Part shown: piece after piece, positions 20,873 through 32,541 of the stretch
Layout of the letters: each line of letters begins with the position of its first letter
Position numbering within the stretch: position 1 is the first letter of the stretch
From: Candidatus Cloacimonadales bacterium
GTDB lineage: Bacteria; Cloacimonadota; Cloacimonadia; Cloacimonadales; JAFGVF01
Direction: 5' to 3'
DNA length: 64,000 nucleotides
Assembly (NCBI GenBank): GCA_963677495.2
Contig: CAXXOU010000004.1
Span: 1,441,726-1,505,725 of the forward strand
The notes under the pieces: generated by a model
What the model was told of the DNA's origin: nothing
The model's database searches: none
The model's input: the letters and a program-made list of their open reading frames with translations, nothing else
Program-made: the position numbers and the translations under genes

Positions 20873-21240
20873 AAGCAATTCACACTTACAATGCGCCCCA
20901 AGCAGTAGGTCCTTACTCTCAAGCAACGTTGAAGAATAACACTCTTTTCATTTCAGGGCAATTAGGTATCGACCCGCATACCGGTGAACTACAGATGGGA
21001 TTTCATGCTCAGACTGAGCAAATCTTTACTAATCTAAGGGCTGTTCTTACGGAAGCTGGTTTCTCTTTCTCTGATGTTGTTAAAGTATCAGTATTCTTAA
21101 CTGATATGCATAACTTCCTTGATTTGAACAATATTTATGCAAAGCATTTCTCTGATCCATATCCTGCCAGAGAAGCTATAGAAGTTTCTCAGTTACCTAA
21201 AAATGGTATGGTTGAGATTTCGCTCATTGCGATGAAATAG
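20869..21240 (+). CDS. ridA: RidA/YjgF family enamine deaminase
   Basis: APQAVGPYSQA, SGQLG, YPAR, LPK..VEI. Confidence 0.9.
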   Translation: MKAIHTYNAPQAVGPYSQATLKNNTLFISGQLGIDPHTGELQMGFHAQTEQIFTNLRAVLTEAGFSFSDVVKVSVFLTDMHNFLDLNNIYAKHFSDPYPAREAIEVSQLPKNGMVEISLIAMK

Positions 21241-21242
21241 TT

Positions 21243-21773
21243 ATGTCTATTAGCACTAAAACCGGAGATAAAGGAACAACTGCTCTTTGGAGTGGTCAAA
21301 GAGTTAAGAAAAACTCAGTAAGAGTTGAAGCATATGGTACAATCGATGAGTTGGACACACATCTTTCCGAAGCTTTGCTTTTTGTTAAAGATGAATTCTC
21401 ACATAAACTGATAGAAGATATACAACAGCTTCTATATAGAGCCATGGGAGAACTTGCGACTAAAGACAAAACATTTAAAGCCCCGATTGTACAGACTGAA
21501 GTGGAAATGGTTACAGATGCTGTTCATAAACTTGAAGCTGAGGTTAATCTGACAGGGTTTGTTAAAACGGGTCGTACTATTCAATCGGCTAAGCTTGACA
21601 TCTGTCGAACAGTTGTTAGAAGAGCTGAAAGAAGAGTGCTACAACTAAATGATATAGAAGAAGTTGCAGAACCGTTAAAGAAGCTTATCAACAGATTGTC
21701 GGATCTGTTCTATATCCTTGCCAGATATGAAGAGAAGAAGTTAAATAAATTGGAGTATAAAAGACTCGATTAG
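21243..21773 (+). CDS. PduO-type cob(I)alamin adenosyltransferase
   Basis: [32 protein letters not shown]. Confidence 0.93.
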   Translation: MSISTKTGDKGTTALWSGQRVKKNSVRVEAYGTIDELDTHLSEALLFVKDEFSHKLIEDIQQLLYRAMGELATKDKTFKAPIVQTEVEMVTDAVHKLEAEVNLTGFVKTGRTIQSAKLDICRTVVRRAERRVLQLNDIEEVAEPLKKLINRLSDLFYILARYEEKKLNKLEYKRLD

Positions 21774-21781
21774 GAGATATA

Positions 21782-22525
21782 ATGTATAAACTAGTATTGT
21801 TAAGACACGGACAATCAAAATGGAACTTAGAAAACAAATTCACAGGATGGACTGACGTAGACCTTTCAGAACAGGGTGTATCAGAAGCAAAACAAGCCGG
21901 TATTCTTATGAAAGAAGCAGGCTTTGACTTTGATATAGCTTTCACTTCTGTTCTCAAAAGAGCAATCAAAACTCTTTGGTTTGCACTTGATGGAATGGAC
22001 CTTCAGTGGATACCTGTTAATAAAGCTTGGGAACTTAATGAGCGTCATTATGGTGCGCTTCAAGGTTTAAATAAGTCAGAGACAGCAGAAGAGTTTGGTG
22101 AAGATCAAGTTCTTATCTGGAGACGTAGTTATGATACTCCTCCTCCTGTTTTGACTAAAGATGATGAACGCTATGCAGGCAATGAGAAGAAGTACGCCAA
22201 ACTTGCAGAAGATGATGTACCTCTAACTGAGTGTTTAAAAGACACTGTTGCAAGAGTTATCCCCTATTTTGATAATAAGATTGCACCTTACATAAAAGAT
22301 GGTAGAAACGTTATTATCACAGCTCATGGCAATAGCTTACGTGCCTTAGTTAAGTATCTTGATGGCATCAGCGATGAAGATATTATCAAACTGAATATTC
22401 CAACCGGTATGCCACTTGTTTATGAGCTTGATGAAGAGCTTAAACCTATTAAAAGCTACTATCTTGGTGACCAGGAAGCTATAAAGAAAGCTCAGGAACA
22501 GGTTGCTAATCAAGGCAAAGCATAG
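21782..22525 (+). CDS. gpmA: 2,3-BPG-dependent phosphoglycerate mutase
   Basis: [29 protein letters not shown]. Confidence 0.97.
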   Translation: MYKLVLLRHGQSKWNLENKFTGWTDVDLSEQGVSEAKQAGILMKEAGFDFDIAFTSVLKRAIKTLWFALDGMDLQWIPVNKAWELNERHYGALQGLNKSETAEEFGEDQVLIWRRSYDTPPPVLTKDDERYAGNEKKYAKLAEDDVPLTECLKDTVARVIPYFDNKIAPYIKDGRNVIITAHGNSLRALVKYLDGISDEDIIKLNIPTGMPLVYELDEELKPIKSYYLGDQEAIKKAQEQVANQGKA

Positions 22526-22546
22526 ATTAGTTATTAAGTATTTTCC

Positions 22547-22965
22547 GGCTGTTGGATACCCAACAGCCTTTTTTTATGGAGTGCACCAACTACGTAGGTG
22601 CGTCTTGTCACGAAACCCGTACCTTCGGAATGGTCGCAGACCTTGCGAATGGTGCTTCCTCATTCCATACCTTCGGAATGGTCGCAGACCTTGCGAATGG
22701 TACACTCCGAAGAGAAACACCCCACCGTTTTAAAACGGCACCCCTTCAATCTTCGCTTAAAGCTACGCCCTGACAGGCTGAGAGGGGAATTATTACAGAA
22801 GGTCCAAATCGAAGATAGTTAACCACGAAATACACGAAAGGACACTAAATAATGCAAATCCCTTTTCGTGCAGTTCGAGCCTTTCGTGGTTAGTATTTTA
22901 GAGTACCTTCCGAAGAGAAAAACACCCCGCTGTTACGGCACCCCTCTCCTAGAGGGGAATTAGAA
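22547..22965. repeat. Composite repeat block, copy 1 (terminator plus several REP-like hairpins)
   Basis: Near-identical to 33018-33460: GGCTGTTG..CAACAGCCTTTTTTTATGGAGTGCACC..., CTTCGGAATGGTCGCAGACCTTGCGAATGG x2, AACCACG..CGTGGTT. Confidence 0.85.
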
Positions 22966-23267
22966 TTCCCATTCAATTTCCATCATAACTGTTTTATGCA
23001 ATTACTATATAATATTTTCTTTTTGTCTCATTTAACTTTTAGCTTAATATATCTTTAACCCCAAAGGAGTAACTATATAAATACTTGTGCTATACTTATT
23101 AGAGTTTGATTCTTGCGACCAGCTAAACAGGCAAGTTACGGGTTACAAGATCATTGAAACTGAGACAACAGTGAGAAGAGGATAAGTATAGCCATTTTAT
23201 TTATAATGTAGATATTGGTAGTTTCCTCTCTCATAGTCCTATACTAGAGTTTCCTTTGGAGGTTAAC

Positions 23268-23846
23268 ATGAGGATCTATGTCTACGTCTATGAGCACAGC
23301 ATTAGGGTAGTCACAACGAAGGCAGTTGATATAAATATAACGATGGGTATCCGGTACATTCTACAACTTCTAGCCCACCCCTATCAACCGATCAGTGCAA
23401 CTTGTCTATATTTCACAATGAACTTGGAAAAGTTATGTCCTTTTTGTGACGATTCTTTAAGTGATTTGTTTATAAACAATCCTATTCACAATTTAAACAC
23501 AGATATATCCAGGATATACAGTCCGATAGAACTAACTTTGAAGCATCAACAGCTCAAAGACCAATTATACGATGCTGTTAAAGAGAATGATCCTGTTCAG
23601 GAATCTTATTACCGTGCTAAAATCAAACGTCTAGAAGAATCTGTTTTAAACCTAGATATTGAAGATCCGGATAGCTTAGTCAAAGATAGCTATAAGAGTG
23701 TCTGGAATGATATTGACTATGCATATAAAAATATCTGCAATCAATCCCCTGAGCTATATCACTATCTTAAGAAAACTATAGTTATTGGTTCTATTCTAAG
23801 CCATCGTCCTGACTTTGATGATAGTATTGAGCTTATACTTGTGTGA
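23268..23846 (+). CDS. Uncharacterised ~200-aa family, paralog 1
   Basis: GGAGG RBS before MRIY; homologous to 50040-50642 (LLAHPYQPIS vs LIHPNQPIS; SPELYHYLKKTIVIG..SHRPD vs SPQLYSYLKNTLDIG..CFRPD). Confidence 0.8.
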   Translation: MRIYVYVYEHSIRVVTTKAVDINITMGIRYILQLLAHPYQPISATCLYFTMNLEKLCPFCDDSLSDLFINNPIHNLNTDISRIYSPIELTLKHQQLKDQLYDAVKENDPVQESYYRAKIKRLEESVLNLDIEDPDSLVKDSYKSVWNDIDYAYKNICNQSPELYHYLKKTIVIGSILSHRPDFDDSIELILV

Positions 23847-23862
23847 AAACACTGGGTACACT

Positions 23863-23956
23863 GGGTACGCGAACATCACTGTTCGCTCCCTCCCTTTATC
23901 CCGACAAGATGTCGGGGTACCCGGTAGATGCGAGCTGGAAGCTCGCGGACCCAGTA
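23863..23956. repeat. ~93-bp GGGTAC-class REP block, direct-repeat copy 1
   Basis: Second copy at 24878-24970, with compensatory stem changes (CCCGAC-aagat-GTCGGG vs CCCGGC-aggat-GCCGGG). Confidence 0.85.
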
Positions 23957-23972
23957 ACGCGTTACCGGTTAT

Positions 23973-24425
23973 TCACACTATCTCATGACTCAATTCATCA
24001 ATATACTTAACTTCGGGTAAAAGCTCATTCTCAATAGCCATTTTAACTGTCTGTACGGGTAGATTCTCCAGCACTATTACTTCCGGGGTTATGGTTATCA
24101 AATCGATGTTAGTAAAAACTCTTTTCATCGCATACATCATCTTTAGAAAGACATTGTAGGGATGATAATAGCAATTGTTTCCCATTGTTTCCAGATTAAG
24201 TTGAGTTGCATACTTCAGCAGATCATTCCTATAGTCTTCCGATGTTCCTTTGTAACATAGAGCAAGATTAGCAGATCTTGATCCCATCGTCGTATTGTTA
24301 GCTGTCAGACGAGGTTTAACCCAAGCTCTAGCAAGCAATACATCGCTTTTCCTATAGCGATAGAAAACAAGTTTGCCTATCTTCCCAACTAATGTCCGGG
24401 CTATCGTATCCAAATTCACTCTCAT
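23973..24425 (-). CDS. Uncharacterised ~150-aa multicopy family, paralog B
   Basis: AAAGGAGA RBS; LVGKIGKLVFY, RAWVKP, YRNDLLKY, IDLITIT, TVKMAIENELLP. Confidence 0.87.
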   Translation of the reverse strand: MRVNLDTIARTLVGKIGKLVFYRYRKSDVLLARAWVKPRLTANNTTMGSRSANLALCYKGTSEDYRNDLLKYATQLNLETMGNNCYYHPYNVFLKMMYAMKRVFTNIDLITITPEVIVLENLPVQTVKMAIENELLPEVKYIDELSHEIV

Positions 24426-24731
24426 AATAATCTCCTTTTAATGTTCAACGACGTTGCATGTCGTTCTGTAAAACAGCTCTCCGGGCTGTTATTCTCCTAT
24501 AAATGTTCAACGACGTTGCACGTCGTTCTGTAATTCATCACTCCGGGCTGTTATTCACCTCAGCCTGTCGGGGCGGAGCTTTAGCGAAGACCGAAGGGAT
24601 GTCGTGTAACGACGAAGTGTTTTCTCTCGGTCGATACAACCAAACTACTTAGTTGAAGGCTTTTAACTATAGCTTGTTGAATATAGACTATTAATTAAGC
24701 TATAGGCTCTAAGCTATAAGCTAAAAAAACT

Positions 24732-24797
24732 CCCTCTACTACTATATGTTCCGAATTTGGGGGTTTACATCAGAATTATACCCCACTTTTTTTATTT
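24732..24797 (-). promoter_or_regulatory. Conserved upstream module of paralog B
   Basis: Reverse complement AAATAAAAAAAGTGGGGTATAATTCTGATGTAAACCC..AATTCGGAACATATAG..GTAGAG is nearly identical to 32153-32219 upstream of paralog C. Confidence 0.7.
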
Positions 24798-24877
24798 TTT
24801 TACTGAGTACTGGTACTGGGTACGCGGACATCTTGTCCGCACCTACCGGGTACGCCGGCATCCTGCCGGCATTTACC

Positions 24878-24970
24878 GGGTGCACGAACATCCCTGTTCG
24901 CTCCCTCTCTTTATCCCGGCAGGATGCCGGGGTACCCGGTGATGCGAGCTGGAAGCTCGCGTACCCAGTA
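24878..24970. repeat. ~93-bp GGGTAC-class REP block, direct-repeat copy 2
   Basis: Matches 23863-23956; further single hairpins of the class at 24818-24870. Confidence 0.85.
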
Positions 24971-25498
24971 GACCTAATGTTTTTTTATGGAGTTTGTCAG
25001 ATGCGTAGCCTGCGAAGCGAAAACGGACTTCATTAAAAAACAGGTAAATCATTGCCGAAAGATACACTCCCACAGGTAGATTTCACGTACCCGAAACGAA
25101 GCCCACCTGTAGCTACCTACGCGAGGGCTACGGGTGGGCTACGGGAGACCTACGAGAGGGTTTGCCGGATTAGGCAGAGATTTGGTACACAGTCGCTTGT
25201 CACATGGGTTGTGCATCCCTAAATTTGATTTAGCTCTAGAGAGGTAAAAGATGAGTGAGATTTTAAATTGTCCGATGAAGCAATGCAAAAAAATGAAAAA
25301 AAAAATACTTGCCATGTAATTTATCATTACTAAAATTGTTACACAATTCTAGGAAAGAAAGACAAAAGTTGATTCACTGTAGGTATGGGAAGGTAAAATA
25401 ATCATACTATATGTTGTTTAGGTTTATCAAAATTACATATATATAGTATGCATAATCATGAAAGTCTAATAAGCGAATCGTACAACAAAGGAGCATTT

Positions 25499-26242
25499 AT
25501 GAAGAAATTTGTCTTAATTGCATTAGTACTGTCAACAGTGTTGTTTCTTGTAGCAAATGAACTATCTGACAGGGAGCTTGAAGAACAAGCATTAAAGGAT
25601 ATGTTGAGCACACTTCAATACACCGCAGGAAGCCGTTTTGGAAATGATTTGAAGGTTGGAGATAAGGTTGTCTATCATGTCAATACCGACTTCTCAAGTG
25701 AAAATCAAAGCGAAGAGTTTGTCAGCTTAGAAGTAATTGAAGAGTCGAGTAAAGGTATTGTTATTAAGGAATCTTTTGATAGGAATATAACTTACACAAC
25801 TTGGGACCCTGTTTCTAATCAGATAGTCGATTTTTATGGTTATGATGAAAATAGGTGCAAGCAAACACCAAAGCTATTACACAAGAGCGAGGTTGAAGCT
25901 AATTTCAGTTTAGTTAAATCACAGGCATCTGCATTAATACCTTTCAGTTTTTCTCAAAATGACAGAGCAGAATATGCTGTCTCGGTTAACTCCAGAGATA
26001 TAACCTGCTCAAAAGTAAATATGGAAATACCTGAAATGTTTAAGCAAAAATTAGCTCAGGACCAACTTGATCAGATTGAAGAAGAATCAGCTATGTACTT
26101 TTCTGACGAGATCCCTAAGTTAATCCCATTTGTTGAGGTTACACTGAGTATGTTGAATTCTCTTGAAACCTTAAATCAACAAAACAAAGGTTTTGTGAAG
26201 AATAGCGTGCTTGAATTAATTGAATTTAGAAAAGGAAATTAA
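25499..26242 (+). CDS. Secreted hypothetical protein
   Basis: AAAGGAG RBS, then MKKFVLIALVLSTVLFLVA signal peptide. Confidence 0.75.
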   Translation: MKKFVLIALVLSTVLFLVANELSDRELEEQALKDMLSTLQYTAGSRFGNDLKVGDKVVYHVNTDFSSENQSEEFVSLEVIEESSKGIVIKESFDRNITYTTWDPVSNQIVDFYGYDENRCKQTPKLLHKSEVEANFSLVKSQASALIPFSFSQNDRAEYAVSVNSRDITCSKVNMEIPEMFKQKLAQDQLDQIEEESAMYFSDEIPKLIPFVEVTLSMLNSLETLNQQNKGFVKNSVLELIEFRKGN

Positions 26243-26244
26243 TT

Positions 26245-27252
26245 ATGCGGTTTATAAAATCATTAGCGATACTATTGCTATTACTTCTTATAACCTCCTG
26301 TTATGATTATTCAGATGAGGGTAAGTACTGGTACGAAGAATGGACTGCTACAATGAATATTGATGGAAGTGAGATTGATTACCTACTAAAAGGTGCTCAA
26401 ACTCCTTTCTATGTGGCAGACTTAAGTAATCCAGGGCAGGAAAAGATTATCATGAGCAGTTCCAATTCGGTTTATTCACTCAATCCTGAAGGAACTTTAT
26501 GGGAAGGTATCTTATTAGATGTAGGGAATATTGTCGAAATAAGTCAGGACAGAACTAAAATGGTAATGGAGTACAATTATGATATCTATGTTGCTAATGT
26601 TGACGGGTCGAATCTAATACAGATTACTAATACCCCTGATATCAGAGAGCATGATGCTTCAATTTCTGCTGATAACTCACAAATTGTCTATAGTCGATAT
26701 ATTAATAATCAAGATGTTCGCTCTGAGACTCTGTTTATATATGATTTGACCAATAATACCGAAACAGAGCTAATAAGGGAAGAGAATGACAATTACATTA
26801 ATATTAGTGATAAATGTATTGTTTCAGATAAAGTTTTTTATTTGATTTCAAGTTCTCCCGATGTCAAACCGGATGGGCTATATTGTTATGATATAATTAC
26901 AGGTATTGATAGCCTTGTTTATAACGATAACTCGCTTGTTGATATAATAACAGACTATGAAAATTCTGTATATCTTTTACAGGCTTCACGCACTCTTTTG
27001 CAGATAGACATCAATAGCTATGATTCTCAGGTTCTGTATATTGAACCCACTCAGAGATATTATAACGCCTTAGTGTTAGATCCATCCAAAGAAAACATTT
27101 GTCTATGCGATTCTGGAGGGTTTGCCCTTATGTATTTCTTACAGACTGGTGATTTTATAAATTTTGGGCATGAATTAGGAAAAGTCTCATTTAATAAGAA
27201 CAGCACAAGAATAATAAGTATGATTGAAAGAAGACATCCAGATGATTTTTAA
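26245..27252 (+). CDS. TolB-like beta-propeller lipoprotein
   Basis: Lipobox ITSC; DIYVANVDGSNLIQIT..ASISADNSQIVYS PD40-like repeat. Confidence 0.75.
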   Translation: MRFIKSLAILLLLLLITSCYDYSDEGKYWYEEWTATMNIDGSEIDYLLKGAQTPFYVADLSNPGQEKIIMSSSNSVYSLNPEGTLWEGILLDVGNIVEISQDRTKMVMEYNYDIYVANVDGSNLIQITNTPDIREHDASISADNSQIVYSRYINNQDVRSETLFIYDLTNNTETELIREENDNYINISDKCIVSDKVFYLISSSPDVKPDGLYCYDIITGIDSLVYNDNSLVDIITDYENSVYLLQASRTLLQIDINSYDSQVLYIEPTQRYYNALVLDPSKENICLCDSGGFALMYFLQTGDFINFGHELGKVSFNKNSTRIISMIERRHPDDF

Positions 27253-27262
27253 AGGAGAAACC

Positions 27263-30200
27263 ATGAAGAAATTTTTTTTAGTATCCATATTATTACTTAT
27301 AAATATATTTTTCCTGTTTTCGGTTTATGATACCGAATACAGTCATGTTAATGGTAAAAGTCATGAGTGGCAGCAAGCCGGACTAGAAAGTGGGTTTCCA
27401 ACCAATTTTGTCGATGAGTATTTTGATGATACTGATACTGAACTTGCTATTAGAACTGCAATTTTAAATGCAGGAGATTCAGATGAAACTCATAGAATTA
27501 TTTTTTCTCCAGGAGTTTATACTTTTACACAAACACTTGTAGTGGGTGATTATGTCATTCTTAGAGGTAATCACATGTTCAAGGATGGAGGGAATAATGC
27601 TAACAGAACGGTTTTTCAGTTTGATTTGGCAAATACTAATAATTGCATAGAAATCAAGGGAGTAGAAGAGAATCTAAACTCATCTCCACCTGTACAAGAG
27701 CATATATTGGTCTCTTCCGGTATTGAAGATATTGTAATTGAACGAATAGATACTACACATTCTCATGGATTGAGTAGTCAGCAAGGACATAACATTCTTA
27801 TCCAAAAAGCGTCAAACTGCTGGGTAGTCGGGGTTGAGAGTCGAAATCCCGTTAAGCATCATATTGATATTGCTCAAAGTAATCATATAGAAATAACCGG
27901 TTGCTTTTTTGATGGAGCTCAAGATGTAGGTTCGGGTGGATTTGGATATGGTGTAATCACCGAAAATGCATCTCAGTACTGCTTGATAGAGAATAACATC
28001 TTTCGAAGTATGAGACACGCGATGCTAGTGCAAAATGAAGCCAAATGGAATGTTTATGGATATAATTATTCAACAGGAAGGAGACATTCTGATTTTAATG
28101 ATATACCTGATTCTTATGTTGCGGATATTAGCTGCCATGGGGAAACAAGTTCTCAAAATAATGGTCCCTATAGCGGCCCTAAAGAAAACCTTTTTGAAGG
28201 AAATCAAGTAGGTTGGATGTGGGTAGATTCCTTTCATAGAGCTAATGGCAAAGACAATGCTTTCTTTAGGAATCGGTCTTCCGATAAAGGCTTATGGATA
28301 ATGGGAGTCGGTACATGGGGGCTTGGTCCATAGGGACCTTCTGCATTTATACCGAGTTTGTTAGAAATGCTAATGAGTTGCTCGGACGCTTGCGACTGGG
28401 TTATGCAACCCAGACAAATCACAAATTACAATTATCTTCGAAATTTAAACTGGTTTCAAAGCAATTACTTAAAGTTCCCGAGAAGGTTTAGAAGTTATTT
28501 TAAACCATTCGAACGACATAATCGAATAAAAAAAGTTTCTTTTTTTGGGTTTACATATACTCAAACATGGTCATATGGTATTCCATATTGTGCGTCCAAT
28601 AAAGTAAAATATGATCAATCATACTACCTTGAAAACAGGTCAAGTGCTCCTGGATTTTGGTATTCCAATCAAAGTTGGCCATATAATCCAGAAGATGATA
28701 ATAATGCAGCAAAGCAAAGATACCAAAATTACTTAAAGAAAACTATTTCTCGATATGATGATAATTCATTCGACCAAAATTTCTATATCACCCACGATAT
28801 GACTTTCCCCGACGATATTATTGATCATGGAACATTAGGAAATCTATATGTATCTTTAGGTGAAGATAATTTAGGAAGGCCACATTCGAAGATTAGCATA
28901 CCAGAGAATACACAGCTTGTTATTCAATCCCTTAATTCGAATGAAGATTTAAATATATCTATTGAGCAGTTCTGTGGTATTGCTGTGCTTGGTCGTATCA
29001 AAATTATTGGCACTGAAAATAATCCTGTATCTTTAACCGGGATTGAAGGTAATAGCTGGAAAGGTATTAACTTCTTTTCATCTGAAAGTTCAGCTGACTC
29101 TGAATTCAGAAATGTTAATTTTGCGGATGCGAGAACTGCTGTTTGTATTGGCACTACTTCTGGTTTTGATGTAGCAGGCAAGAATATTCTATTTGATAAT
29201 TGTAACTTTTTATCCTGTGAAGCTGAAGGAAACACTCAAAATGTACCTGATTCTCATACTGGGGGAGCAATAATTATTAGAGCAACAACAGAAACAGAAA
29301 TAAATGTTGATTTTAGTAAGTGCAAATTCGAAAATAATACTGCTTATTTGGGAGGAGCAGTATATATTGATAGTCATGAATATTCTAATAATGAACTTGA
29401 TGAAGCAAGAGTACAAGTAAATTTTGACAACTGTGAGTTTATTAATAATGATGCAGTCGAGGGAGGTGCTATATGGTGCCAACATGCTGATTTAAGTGTT
29501 GTAAATTGTTATTTTGAAGGGAATGGGAAGGTGACAGGATTCGAAAGTACATCCCCTGCGATAAATTCAAACTGTGCAGGAGGTGCCGTTTTTCTTTTTG
29601 AAAGTGATTTAACTTTCCGAAAAGAGTTTGTATCAAATGTGTTTGTTGATAATTTCTCATATAACGGTGGAGCATTCTATATTAATGGAAGAAATGGGGA
29701 ATTACAAACAAACAACAGAGGGCCTATATTGTTTGTTAATAATACTTTTACCCAAAATAATTCAATTAATTGGGGAGGGTGTTTTTATCAGGATTTACCT
29801 TTTTCAACTTACAACTTTGTAAATAACATCTTTAGTAATAATACTGCGAATATTACTAGTGGATCAACAGATTTTCTTGTTAGAGCAGCTCTCCCTATAA
29901 CTCCAGCATTATTTTTCACTCATAATGCTTTTGATACCGGGATTAATGGTGGAATTGTAACGGGTTATTACGATTTTTACGAAACTGAATTCACCCCTTG
30001 GCCAAGAACTTATACTACTGTAAACTCAGTCGTTGGTGGAATTAATATAGTAGATGATTTTCGAATTTCAACTAATTCATCATGTTATAACTCTGGTTCA
30101 TCAGTAGAAGATATTGAAACATTATATGAAATGGAGTTAGCTTTCCCAGATACGGATGTCTTGAATAACCTTCGAGTCCTTGCGGGGAATATTGACATAG

Positions 30201-31741
30201 GTGCTGTTGAATATTTTCAAGATGGAGCTGCTGTATCAACTTCAAATACAGAGATCTACTATGGAAATATTATACCTGATGGAGGATATGTTAAAGAAGT
30301 TTGGATTCGTAACAATTCAGACCAAAATAATCTTCATATTACTTCATTTACAGTCAGTGATGAAATAAGTAATGTTATAGAAATTATTTCACTTCCAAGT
30401 GTTATTCCTCCAAGTGATAGTCTTTGCTTCAAAGTAAAGATCACTCCAAAGAAAATGTACGAGGATTACTATGGAGAGTTGTCTATAAATACGAATGATA
30501 TATATAATCCTGAAATTGTGATTCCTATTTCAGCCTCAACGGCATTACAGAGTGGGTGGAACTGGATTTCATTCCCATATTTATTTGTAGGGGCTGATAA
30601 TGATGATATTTTCGAATTGATTGACCCGTTTGGTCTGTCCATAAAAAGCAATGATGGAGGATTGAACTACATAAATAACCAATGGGTTCTTAGTAATCCA
30701 AGTTTTAGCTTTTCGCCTCTATCTTGTTACAAATTGTCAATGAATAAAGATGATGTACAATATTGTATTCAGTTCAGTGATGGTTATGAAATTCAAAATC
30801 AAGGAATCACTTTGGACCCCGGAGTTGATAATTGGGTTGGTTATTGGAGAGATAGTCAGGACATGGATACAGCCTTTGGCGATGATTTTAACAAAGTAAC
30901 ATCTATAAAATCAGAACTTTGGTACTATCAACCGGATTCTCCCCCAAACTCGCAAACAAAAGATGACCCAACGATACCAATAAGTCATAATATCAGACCG
31001 TTAAATTTCGGTAGAGGTTATATAGTGAGAGTGAATGAACGAATTGAAGATTTTAGATGGAATCTAGGAACTCAAGTACCAACAAAAAGTGCTGTGATTG
31101 TAAAAGAATCTGATACATTTGTATATGAAAAGAGCGATGATTATGAAGCTATAGATATAATTGGTATTGATGAAAGCGTTGTAGAGATAGGTGCATTTAT
31201 CGATGATGTTTGTGTTGGTTCAAGCTTTGTTGAGGATGGTAAAACCCAAATACTAGCATACACAGAAATAGCGTCTGCAAAATCAAACCCTCAAATCCAT
31301 TTTGAATTGATCACACAACAGAAAGATCGAAAAATCATGAATAACTATTTCGTTTACAATGAAGATACAGAATGGTTTGTAGATGAGCCAATACAAGCAT
31401 TCACTACCGACTACCATTTAGTCAGTTTTGATAAGGATTTTAATGATGGTTTTACTATTCCAAAGTGGGTTGAGCTAAGTAACAATTATCCAAACCCATT
31501 CAATCCAACAACAACAATCTCATTCTCAATTCCAAAAGAGACTATGGTAAAACTTTCTGTCTATAATATTAAGGGACAGAAAGTCGCTACATTAGTTAAT
31601 GAAACTATGTCCATTGGAAGGCACGAAATAGTGTGGGATGGAAAAAATAGTTTAGGTAAAGAAACAGGGTCAGGAGTTTACTTCTATAGATTAGAGACTT
31701 CTAAGAAATCAATTACAAAGAAAATGCTGTTACTTAAATAA
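27263..31741 (+). pseudogene. Large secreted beta-helix (pectin-lyase-like) protein with FlgD/T9SS-like C-terminal domain, interrupted by one in-frame TAG at 28331-28333
   Basis: ORFs 27224-28333 and 28358-31741 are in the same frame (offset 1134 = 378 codons). The 5' part has the RBS and signal peptide (MKKFFLV); the 3' part lacks both and has GGAI/GGAV repeats, IDIGAVE and NYPNPFNPTTTISF. Confidence 0.72.
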
Positions 31742-31762
31742 TCAGAGTTAAATAGATAACTT

Positions 31763-31789
31763 AAGCCCCTGAGAAATCGGGGGCTTTTA
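31763..31789 (+). terminator. Intrinsic terminator
   Basis: AAGCCCC(T)GA-GAAA-TC(G)GGGGCTTTT. Confidence 0.75.
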
Positions 31790-32152
31790 TTAGAAAACGG
31801 ACATCCTTGTCCGTTCTTACTAAAGTATAAACACAATGGCTATGTGATTATTTTTAATTAAGATATAAATATTTAAAATCCAGTGTATATTTTCAGAATC
31901 TTTAAGTACAGTATCATTGCATTATCACAATTCGAAAGAGAAATAGACAACTTACTCATCCTCAAATTACTAAATTCTTACAAATTTGGGTATGGGTTTG
32001 GTAAGAGATTGGTAAGAATTAGTTATGAAGACAGTTGGAATTGTGATATAGATGAAGTTTATCAAGAGATATTTGAAAAGCTGAGAACTATAAAAAGCAT
32101 AAGTAGTAAAAATATGCCATTTAAGGTCGCTTCGCAGCGACCTTTTTCAGTT

Positions 32153-32219
32153 AAATAAAAAAAGTGGGGTATAATTCTGATGTAAACCCACGAATTCGGA
32201 ACATATAGGGGTAGAGAGG
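32153..32219 (+). promoter_or_regulatory. Conserved upstream module of paralog C
   Basis: Nearly identical to the module upstream of paralog B (24732-24797, minus); contains TATAAT. Confidence 0.7.
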
Positions 32220-32541
32220 TACAAAGCGATGGTTTGTAAATGCAAAATGAAAAATGCAAGATGAAAGATGCAAGATGCTTAATGATGAATGAACTAATCG
32301 GTGAGAACGACTTTCAAAGTCGTTGTACAACTCGGACAAGATGTCCGCGCACCCGGTAGAATAGAGTTCAATGCATTGAAGAATAGAAAATGTCGCAGAT
32401 AGGTGTCAGAGGTAGTAACTGACAGATCCTTCAACCATCAATAAGGAAGTCCGGAATAACGACTCGGAGAGAACGACTTTCAAAGTCGTTGTACAATGTG
32501 GTGAAACTCCCTTATTGAATTAATTGACCAGGAGGTCTAAG

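Noticed and set aside
22503..22822. Overlapping short ORFs here and at 33051-33496, 24746-25073, 50801-51031, 52379-52639, 54801-55168 and 56479-56774
   Set aside because: Products of non-coding repeat blocks; their mutual similarity reflects DNA repeats
31883..32158. 91-aa ORF
   Set aside because: GTG start without RBS and no recognisable motif; possibly a gene fragment but not supportable
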